DNA from: an uncultured Bifidobacteriaceae bacterium | GTDB taxonomy: Bacteria > Verrucomicrobiota > Verrucomicrobiia > Limisphaerales > UBA11358 | Assembly: GCA_964444085.1 (NCBI GenBank) | Contig: CAYUGC010000003.1 | Coordinates: 1-49,402, forward strand | DNA length: 49,402 nucleotides | Direction: 5' to 3' | Shown here: positions 1 to 8,800 of the stretch, one piece after another | How the letters are laid out: every line of letters starts with the position of its first letter | Numbering within the stretch: the stretch's first letter is position 1 | Program-made: the position numbers and the translations under genes | The notes under the pieces: model-generated | Told to the model about the DNA's origin: nothing | Seen by the model: only the letters and a program-made list of their open reading frames with translations | Database searches by the model: none

Positions 1-1016
1 CCGGTGAGCGTGGAATTTTGTCCCGAAGCCAGCAGCGCCACGGCGAATAAAATGCCGGCCCCGCCCACGCCGAGCAGCGGACTTAACAATTTGTAGGCGT
101 CCTGAATTTGTGCCACGTCCCGGTGTCCCGACCAGTGAAACGCTGCCGCCGCGAGCGCAAGAATGGCACCGTTGACCAGCAGCGCAAACATGAGCGCCAC
201 CGTCGAGTCAATCGTCGCGAACTTGATGGCCTCGCGTTTACCTTCGGGGTTCTGCTCAAACTTGCGCGTCTGCACGATGGACGAGTGCAGGTAAAGATTA
301 TGCGGCATGACCGTCGCGCCGATGATGCCGATGGCGACGTAGAGCATGTTTTGATTGGTCACAATTTCCGGGCTGGGGATGAAGCCCAGCAGCATGGGGC
401 CGGCGTGCGGTTTGGAAAAAAATAGTTCCGCCGCGAAACAGGCGGCGATGGTGGTGATGAGCGTGATGACCAGCGCCTCGATGTAGCGGAAACCTTTCGT
501 CTGCAAAAACAGCACTGCGACCACGTCCAGCGCCGTGATGACACAGCCCCAGACCAGCGGAATGCCGAAGAGCAGTTGCAGCGCGATGGCCGAGCCGACC
601 ACCTCGGCCAGATCGCACGCGGCGATGGCGATTTCGCAGAGAATCCAAAGAAACCAAACCGTCGGCGTGGAATAATGGTCGCGGCAGGCCTGCGCCAGAT
701 CGCGTCCGGTGGCGACGCCCAGCTTGATGCTCAAATGCTGGAGCAGGATTGCCATGAGATTGGAAATCATGACGACCGACAGCAGCGTGTAGCCGAACTG
801 CGCGCCGCCCGCGAGGTCGGTCGCCCAGTTGCCCGGATCCATGTAGCCGACCGCGATGAGAAAACCGGGGCCGGAAAACGCAAACAGCTTCCGCCAAAAA
901 GAAGCCGTCACCGGCACCACAATGCTGCGGTGAACTTCCGTCAGCGAAGCCTGTCCCGCCGGCTTGCGCCAGCCGGACGGGGCGGTCGGTTTATGATTGG
1001 GTTCAGGTTGATTCAT
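1..1016 (-). CDS. mntH: Nramp-family divalent-metal (Mn2+/Fe2+):H+ symporter, 3' end runs off the left edge
   Basis: Absent from the ORF track because no stop lies inside the window. My minus-strand translation from the ATG at 1016 reads MNQPEPNHKP...FSGPGFLIAVGYMDPGNWATDLAGGAQFGYTLL...IGATVMPHNLYLHS... It carries the Nramp DPGN signature and hydrophobic TM segments, and the frame stays open to base 1. Confidence 0.9.
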   Translation of the reverse strand, partial: MNQPEPNHKPTAPSGWRKPAGQASLTEVHRSIVVPVTASFWRKLFAFSGPGFLIAVGYMDPGNWATDLAGGAQFGYTLLSVVMISNLMAILLQHLSIKLGVATGRDLAQACRDHYSTPTVWFLWILCEIAIAACDLAEVVGSAIALQLLFGIPLVWGCVITALDVVAVLFLQTKGFRYIEALVITLITTIAACFAAELFFSKPHAGPMLLGFIPSPEIVTNQNMLYVAIGIIGATVMPHNLYLHSSIVQTRKFEQNPEGKREAIKFATIDSTVALMFALLVNGAILALAAAAFHWSGHRDVAQIQDAYKLLSPLLGVGGAGILFAVALLASGQNSTLT

Positions 1017-1047
1017 TTTTGGCCGTAAAAAAAATATTTTGGCCGCG

Positions 1048-1926
1048 TTAAAATCTCACCGTGATTCCAGTGAACGGATTGAAATCGGCGGCGGCGGACG
1101 TCACGCCGAAATTGCAACCACAGTCCAACTGGATGTTTTTGGTCAGCAAATACTCCAGCCCGACGTCTACGGTGCCGACCCAGTCCGTGCGCGGTTCCGT
1201 GGAGATTTCGCTGTAAAATTCCAAATAGCCGCTCAACCGGCCAAAAAGCGCGTGGTCGAGCGTGACGGAGTTGAGGAAATCTGCGTGATAATTGCCGCCT
1301 CCCTGGTCTAGGCCGAAATGGACGCCCGTCTCGCAGCCCAAATCAAAGTCGCCCGGCAGTGTTGCCGCCAGCGGCAGGATGAGGCCGCCTTCGACGGCGT
1401 TGTTGCCCAGTCCGTCCGTGCTGGTTGGGAATTTGACGAACGGCAAAAGCGCGAACGCCGTCTTGCCGCCGTCATTGCCCCACAAATTGATCTTCAGCCG
1501 CGCGGTGAGGTCGCCGACGCCGGACTGGTTTTGCGATTTGCCCACCGCCGGAAACTCGGAATGGACGTTCAGGTAATTGTCAAAGATCAGATCAAGTTCC
1601 GTCGCGTCGAACAGCCCGGCGCGCAGGTTGAAAGGAGCGACATTCCAGGCCTGCGTCGTTGCGCCGCCTGTCTTGGCGTGGCGGTAGTTCGCGAAGTCCA
1701 TTTCCCACTGAAAATGCCCCGCGTCCACGGTGTAAGGCGACTCGGTCTCGTCCGGTCGGTCGGAGTTCAGCTCCCGCAGCCCGGTGTCCGGCACCGGATT
1801 GAAAAGATTGAAACCGGCCTTGTCCGGCGGCAGGGAGTTGGTCGCCTGCGCCGCCGCGCCCAACGCCACCAGCCCCAGCAGCAGGCCGGCGGCGGCCGCG
1901 CGGAGTGGTTTGTCTTGTATCCCCAT
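1048..1926 (-). CDS. Outer-membrane beta-barrel protein (transporter/MetA-pathway-like OMP family), immediately upstream of mntH
   Basis: ORF 1048..2031, start trimmed to the Met at 1926. Signal peptide MGIQDKPLRAAAAGLLLGLVALGAAAQA, alternating beta-strand pattern, C-terminal ...FTGITVRF (terminal Phe typical of OM barrels). 31-nt gap to mntH on the same strand. Confidence 0.7.
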   Translation of the reverse strand: MGIQDKPLRAAAAGLLLGLVALGAAAQATNSLPPDKAGFNLFNPVPDTGLRELNSDRPDETESPYTVDAGHFQWEMDFANYRHAKTGGATTQAWNVAPFNLRAGLFDATELDLIFDNYLNVHSEFPAVGKSQNQSGVGDLTARLKINLWGNDGGKTAFALLPFVKFPTSTDGLGNNAVEGGLILPLAATLPGDFDLGCETGVHFGLDQGGGNYHADFLNSVTLDHALFGRLSGYLEFYSEISTEPRTDWVGTVDVGLEYLLTKNIQLDCGCNFGVTSAAADFNPFTGITVRF

Positions 1927-1933
1927 AAAAACT

Positions 1934-1994
1934 ATGTAGCCAGTGATACAACTCAATATCCGGCGCGTCAATAAAAATGTAGCCTGGGTTACAA
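1934..1994. promoter_or_regulatory. Two 18-bp dyad repeats (candidate MntR operators) in the divergent mntR / OMP-mntH intergenic region
   Basis: ATGTAGCCAGTGATACAA at 1934-1951 and ATGTAGCCTGGGTTACAA at 1977-1994. Each has TGTAGCC..GGTTACA-type dyad symmetry. Centres are 43 bp apart. Confidence 0.5.
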
Positions 1995-2042
1995 AATTAA
2001 GGCTGGACGACAAAACGGTGGTGGGATTCACTTGCCGGAGCC

Positions 2043-2504
2043 ATGCCGCGTGCCATCAAGAAACCATCCGCCCCTGTGCGTGCTGCCGCCGGATATTCGC
2101 CGGCGCAGCAGGCCGAAATCTTCCGCCGGTCGCGCCATGACCGCGCGCTGGAGACCGCACAGGATTATGTCGAGGCCATCGCCGACTTGGCGGCCTCCCA
2201 GGGCGAGGCCCGGGTGGTGGATCTGGCCCGGCGGCTGGGCGTCACCCATGTGACGGTGAATCGCACGCTGGCGCGCCTGCAGAAGGCGGGATATGTGAAC
2301 ACGCGGCCCTACCGGGCTATTTTCCTGACCGGCAACGGCAGCCGGCTGGCGGATGAATGCAAACGCCGCCACGAAACCGTGGTTGCCTATTTGCAATCGC
2401 TGGGTATTTCCAAAAAGACGGCCGAGCTGGATGCCGAGGGGATTGAACATCACGTCAGCCCCGAAACCTTGGCGGCCTTTGAACGCCTGCTAAAAAAACA
2501 CTGA
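2043..2504 (+). CDS. mntR: DtxR/MntR-family manganese-dependent transcriptional repressor
   Basis: 153 aa. Winged-helix region ETAQDYVEAIADL...ARVVDLARRLGVTHVTVNRTLARLQKAGYV, followed by a metal-binding/dimerisation helix region (RRHETVVAYL...EGIEHHVS). Divergent from mntH. Confidence 0.85.
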   Translation: MPRAIKKPSAPVRAAAGYSPAQQAEIFRRSRHDRALETAQDYVEAIADLAASQGEARVVDLARRLGVTHVTVNRTLARLQKAGYVNTRPYRAIFLTGNGSRLADECKRRHETVVAYLQSLGISKKTAELDAEGIEHHVSPETLAAFERLLKKH

Positions 2505-2806
2505 TGCGACCGCTGGACATCCAACACATCGGCAACGAACTCGCCATCAGATGGGACGATGGACGCGAGGATTTCATCCCGCTGGAAAATCTGCGCCGCG
2601 CCTGTCCGTGCGCCGGTTGCAAGGGCGAGACGGACATCTTGGGCAACGTCTATAAAAACCCGGAGAAGCCGTATGCGGCCAACGCTTTCCAACTCGTGCG
2701 GCTGAAAAGCATCGGCGGCTACGCGGTCGCACCCGTGTGGGCGGACGGGCACGACAGCGGGCTGTTTGCCTTCGAATACCTTCGCAAGCTGGCCCCGGCA
2801 AAATAA
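2504..2806 (+). CDS. DUF971-family protein (gamma-butyrobetaine hydroxylase-like N-terminal domain)
   Basis: 100 aa: ...LAIRWDDGREDFIPLENLRRACPCAGC...GGYAVAPVWADGHDSGLFAFEYL. The start overlaps the mntR stop (ATGA-type junction at 2504). Confidence 0.75.
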   Translation: MRPLDIQHIGNELAIRWDDGREDFIPLENLRRACPCAGCKGETDILGNVYKNPEKPYAANAFQLVRLKSIGGYAVAPVWADGHDSGLFAFEYLRKLAPAK

Positions 2807-2834
2807 AACGGCGCGTCATTTAAGACGCGCCGTT
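2807..2834. terminator. Bidirectional hairpin between convergent genes
   Basis: AACGGCGCGTC-atttaa-GACGCGCCGTT, a perfect 11-bp stem, flanked by an A-run on the left. Lies between the stop at 2806 (+) and the stop at 2854 (-). Confidence 0.6.
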
Positions 2835-2853
2835 GGCGGAAACTTTCTTCAGC

Positions 2854-5800
2854 TCACGGCAGGATCTGCACGCGGTAGAATTTCACCTTGTTGCTGTTGG
2901 TGTCGGTGAATTGCAAGTCGGCACCGGTGCCGGTGTTGGTGGCGATGGCGCTCCAACTGCCCGGGAACAGGCTGAACGACCGTTCGATGACGTATTTTTT
3001 GTTGCTGACGGACGGCCAATGAATCGTGCTGGGATCGGTTGCGCCATGGCCGGACGACTTGGTCTTAAGCTTCGGGAAATTGTTCGGGACGTTGGGATTC
3101 ACGCCGGCGACATATTTCTGCCAGTTGCTGATGCCGTCGCCGGAGGGGCAGGCATTGGAGACGGACAGCAAATTATGCACGGTGCCAAACCAGCGCAGGC
3201 GCCAGACGTCAGGGATGCCGTCACCGTAGCTTGAGTTATTGGGACTGCCGACTGCTGCCTTCGCCGAGGCCGCCTTGGAAACATTGCTGGTAACACCTGC
3301 GTTGGTGCAAGTGATGATCCCTGTCAATGTCTGGTTCGGGAACGAGGCGAGGCCGTTGGGCGACGCGGACGCGTGGTCGAAATGGACGGCATAGGTGGCG
3401 TTCACCGGGGTGCCGGCCGGAATTCTGACGGACAAGGTGCCCACCGTGACCGTGCCGGTCAGGCCGGTGTTGGTGCTGTTCAACCACGCGGCGGAAAAAT
3501 TGCCGTTGCCATACGCCTCGGAGGTGAACGGCGCGCCGAGCGTGGGGTTCTGGCTGAAGCTGACGGCATTGGTCAAAGGCGGCGCGCCGTCAAGCGGCGT
3601 GACGTTCAGGTTCAGCATCAACACGCGCAGCGGATAGATGCCAAAGATGTCGGCGGTGATGGGAACTTGGATGGTCTGGCCGGCGGCACCGTAAGCGTTG
3701 CCGTTGGTGTCCCCGGCGGTGAAATTCACCTGTGGCGAAACTGCGGTGTGGCTTTGCACCTTGGCAGAGGCGGAGCGCAGGGCGGCATGGGCGGCGACGT
3801 TGGGCGTGGTTTCGGCCACGCGCGTGCCGTCGTTCCAGAAACGGCGATACCAGGTCAGGCTCGGATCGAGCGAGCGGCGGAATGTGACATACACGTCGCA
3901 TACGTCCAGGGCGCCGTCGCCAAAGGCGATCTGGTTGATGGTGGTGTCGTTGCCGTCAAAAAGCGGATTGATGGCGGCCGCCGAATAAGAGTTGGTATAG
4001 TAGTTGTAATTGACATCCGCCGGGTCGGTGTCCAGCACGCCGATGTTGCCGCACGAATCCATACCGTCGTAAAAATCCGTGTCGCTCGGTGGGACGTTCA
4101 AAGTGGTCGGGCCGTAGGTGGCCGACTGATAAACCTGCTCCACGTCGGCACTGACAATATTGCTGGAGCCGAAGTCGCCTGCATTGAACCAGCGGAACGG
4201 ATACACGCTGCCCGCGATGTATTTCCGCTGGCCGACCGTGACAAACTTTAGCGCGTTGATGGGCGAGCCGCCCGCCGTGGAACCATTGGTCGGAGCATCG
4301 ATATACACGTCGGCACCGGGTGCCCCGATGCCGTCGGAGGTCGCGGAAGGCCGGCCGATCTGAATTTGGTAGGTCTGGCCGTTGGTGGCGCTGATCGGCA
4401 CTTGGAAGGCGTAGCCGCCCACCTCAATCTTGCCGCCGCCCTCGGAGTGCATCACGTCGTGTGCCATTGAATAGGTGATCAAATCCTGGCCTTTGGTGTT
4501 GTAAAGGTTCGTGCGGGACATGCGTTCTATCCAACCGACGCTCAGGAGGTTGTCGGAGAGGTTGGTGAAGAGCAAGCTTTGGAACCAGTTGCCGTTATAC
4601 AAAAAGCTGCTGGAATCCGGCTGCGGCAGCGCGCCGCTGGCCTCGAACATGAACGGCGGAATCGGGATGAAAAACCCCGGGATATCCAGATCCGGCTGCA
4701 TCAGGAACGAACTGAAATCGAAGGCTCCCGGCGTGATGGCCGGGCCGGGATTCGGGCCGGCGTTGGTGGCCGTCAGGTTGAACTGCAAGCTATAGATTTG
4801 TGTGTTGGGCAGCATGGTCAGCGTCACCGGCGCGTAGAAGGTCTGGCCGGGCGCGGCCACGAAATCGCTGGAGGCCTCACCGCTGGCGAAGCCGAAGCTG
4901 ATGACATTCGCCACGAAGTTTGACGGCGAGAAGGAGGTGGAGACGATGGCACTGTCCTGATAATTCGGGCGGACGGCAATCACTTTGAACAAAGTATTGG
5001 TGGTGATCGGAAAACCGACCGTCCAGAAGTTTGTCCGGGTTGCCACCGTTCCCAAATCAACGCCGTTGGTCGCGGAAGGATCGGTGCCGTCAATCGTGTA
5101 ATACAAGTGCGCGTTGTCGGTCACATCGCTGATGTGGAACTGCGCTGCGTTGTCGCCTGAAATATTCGGATTGGCCGTCACGAACTGGAAGCGCCCCGAC
5201 GCGATGCTGCTGTTGGGGCTGCCGTCCTGCTTGGCCCCCATGGCCTTGATGGTGAAATCAGGCAGGTGCGGGTTCACGTTGTAAATCGCCACCTGACTTT
5301 GGGCCATACCATCTGTATAACCCACCGGGGCGGACGCGGAATTCGTGGTCGGGTCGGGGATCGAATTGGTGCCCGTGGCTCCATAGGTGTAATACGTCTG
5401 ACTGCCGGCGGTGCCTAGGATGATTATCGGCGAGTCATCATTGTTGAAAATAAACGACGCCTCCTGATGAAAGACCGAGCTGTAGACAGGAAAGGTAGTC
5501 GCCGGGAAATCCACATAGCCGATTTGCGGATCTGGCACGGGCGGGAACGGCACCGTGGCGCTGGCCTCCGCCGAATTAAAGCCTTCACCGCCGGCGTTCA
5601 CCGCCGAGACGACATAGTAATAAGTTTTCCCATTTTGCACGGTCGTATCGGTGTAGCCGGTGCCACTGGTGCTGCCTTTGGTTGTGTAAGGCCCGCCACT
5701 GGATTCCGAGCGCTTCACGTTGTAGTTCGTCGCGCCCAACGAGGCCGACCACGTCAGCGACACCTGGCCGTAGCTGGCCGTGGCCACGAGGTTGAGCGGC

Positions 5801-8800
5801 GCAAACGGCGGCGGCGGCAGCGGATAAAAACCCGAGTTCAAAATGCCGCGGATGTCCTTGTAAGTCGTTTCCGAGACATAAACTGTCCCCGACGCGCTCA
5901 AGGCGATGCCCACCGGCGAGAGCATGGAGACAAAATTCGGGCTGCCCGGTTGCACCGGGTCAATGGGTTGGCCAAACCAGAGGTTCGCGTTGGTGGAATT
6001 CAACACGACGCTGACGGAGCCAAGGTCGTTCGCGATCACCACGCGGTTGTTGCCGGAATCCACGATGGCCAGTTGCCCGCCGAGCGCGGTGGCGAGTCGC
6101 AGCGGCGTGTTCAGTTTGGCAAAGCCGGCGGCTCCGAGCGTCTTGCCGGGCGTGCCGAGGATGCCGGTGAACAGCACGGCGTTGGTCGCGCCGGGCGCAA
6201 TTTTCCAGATGACGTGGTTGCCGGCGTCGCTGACGACCACCGAGCCGTTGTCGAGGATCGTGATGCCCTCCAACTGCACGCTGGCATTGGTGTTGATGGT
6301 GGCCAGCGTGTTCGACGTGCCGCCGCTGAACCATTGCACCGCGCCGGTTTGTTCTGCGACGTAGAGGTCGCCGTTGAACTTCAGCTTCATCGCTGTCGGG
6401 AAGGGTAGACCCGCCGCGTTGGTGGCAAGCAGGTTGCCGAATTGGTCATACTCGTAAATCGAGCCGTTGCCGCCGGTGCCTTGGTTCAAAACATAAAGGT
6501 TGTCACTGCCGTCCACGGCCACGTCCACTGGCTGGTAAATTCCGTTGCTGGCCGTCAGGAACGGCGTCGTGGTGTTGAGCACCAAGTCTAGCACGCTGAC
6601 CGTGTTGTTGGTCGGGTCGGTGATGAAAAGCTTGTTGCCAACGGTGTTGAGCGCGATGCCCGCCGGCTGCGCAAAGACGGGCAGGGGAACGCCAGGGTTG
6701 AAGGCGGCGGCGGTGATGCCGGAGCCGGTCACACCGCGGATATCGTCGTAGAAAACTTCCGAGGCGAAGACAAAGCCGCCGCCGACTGCCACGCCGGACG
6801 GTTGCACCATCGGCACGAACTGCGGGCTGGTGTTCAAAACCGGGTCGCCGGGCAGGCCGAACCAGACATCCGCATTGGCGGAGTTCAGGACGTTGGTGAT
6901 GGCGCCGGCCCGGTTCACGGTGACCAGGCGGTTGTTACCATAGTCGGCGACCACGATCAGGTTGTTCGCCGCGCGCGTCAACTGGTGCGGCAGGTTGAGT
7001 TTGGCAAAATTGGACGCGCCCAGCGTGTTGCCGGGCACGCCGAGCTTGCCGGTCAGCCGGGTATAACTTTTGGTGATGGCGTTGATCGACCAGATGACCT
7101 GGTTGCCGGAATCGCTCACGGCGATGCTGCCATCGTCAAACAGCGCGATGCCCTGCAGGGAAACCCCGGCGTTGGTGATGGTGACAATGGTGTTGGAAAT
7201 GCCGGCACCAAAGACGCGGATGGCGCCGCCCTGTTCCGCGACGAAGAAATTGCCGTAGCCATCCTGCAAAAATGCGTTCGGCTGGTTCAATCCCTCCGCC
7301 ACGTCGCCCAGCGGATTGCCGTAGATGTCGTAGGCCGAGATGAAGCCGTTCACGCCGCCGTTCTGATTGAGGACGTAGATGTATTCATTGGTGTCCACCA
7401 GCACGGACACAGGCTGGCTCAAGCCGTCGAGCGAAGACAGGAAGGTGGTGGTCAGGTTGCTTTGCAGGTCGAGCATCTGCACCGCGTTCTGCGACGGATC
7501 GGCGATGAACACGTTGTTGCCGTAAGGGTCATAGGCGATGCCCGCCGGCAGGTTGAAATATGGCAGCACGTCGAACGGCCCGGTGGGCGGCTGGGTCACG
7601 CCGGTGCCGGTCAGGCCGCGGATGTCGTTGAAATAAGTTTCCGAGGCATAAACCAAACCGCCGGGGCCGACCGCCACGCCGAAAGGTTGGATCATCACGG
7701 GGAAACGTGAACTCGTGTTTGGCACCGGGTCGCCGGCCTGGCCGAACCAGACGCTGGCGTTGGTCGAGTTGAGCACGTTGGTGATGGAGCCGGCGCGGGT
7801 GACGTTGACGAGGCGGTTGTTGCCGTAATCCGCGAGGACGAGCTGGTTGCCGCCGGCGCGGGCGAGCTGGTGCGGCTGGTAGAGCTTGGCGAAGTTGGAC
7901 GTGCCGAGCGTGGTGCCGGGCACCGCGAGTTGCCCCGTCAGCCGCGTGTATTTTTTGGTGATGGGGTTGACCGTCCAGATGACGTGGTTGCCGGCGTCGC
8001 TCACGGCGATGGCGCCGTCGTCAAAGATCGCGATGCCCTGGAGCGACACGTTGGCGTTGGTGATGGTCGCCAGAATGTTCGAGACGCCGGAGCCGAACGC
8101 GCGGATGTTGCCGCCCTGCTCGGTGATGAAGAGGTTGCCGTAGCCGTCCATGGTGAACGCCGTGGGCATGTTCAACCCGGTGATGTTCGTCGCCAGCAGG
8201 TTGCCGAACACATCGAATTCTAGGACGGAGCCGTTGGTGCCGGCGTTCTGGTTCAGCACAAATATATTCTGGTTCGTGTCAATGAGGACGGAGGCCGGCT
8301 GGTTGACGCCATTGGTGATGGTCAGGAAAGTGGATGTCTGGTTGTTGACGAGGTTCAGCAGCTGCACCGCGTTGTTCACTTGGTCGGCGATGTAGAGGTT
8401 TTGGCCGGACGCATCCAGCGCAATGCCGGCGGGCTTGTGGAACAGCGGCGGCAGTCCCGGCGCGACCCCGGTCAGTCCGGTGCCGGTGATCTTGCGCAGG
8501 AGATTGTAATAAGTTTCCGTGTCGTAGAGCGTGCCGTCCGCCGCGAGCGCCAGCCCGTAAGGCTGGCGGGACTGCACCATGTCCTGCGTCTCAATCGGGT
8601 TCACTGTGCCGTCGTTCCAGCCGAGCGTGACGAGGCTGGCCACCTTGCCCCAGTATTTCTGTTTGACGCCGTAGAGCCGGCTGACGGTGCCGTTGGCGTC
8701 CACGGTCTTCACCTTTTGGTTCGACCGGTCGGCCACGACCAAAATGCCGTTGCCCGCCTGAATCACCGTTTGCGGGCCGTTGAACGCGGCATACGCCGCT

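Noticed and set aside
5467-6408. Several 100-400-aa plus-strand ORFs inside the giant gene, with similar ones inside pilQ, pilM and the PilX-like gene (e.g. 3373-4251, 6802-7710, 8380-9147, 10726-11382, 13311-14180, 15836-16801, 17308-18528)
   Set aside because: All are antisense to genes with clear domain content and are Arg/Gly/Asp/Val-rich, as expected for the complementary strand of GC3-rich coding sequence.
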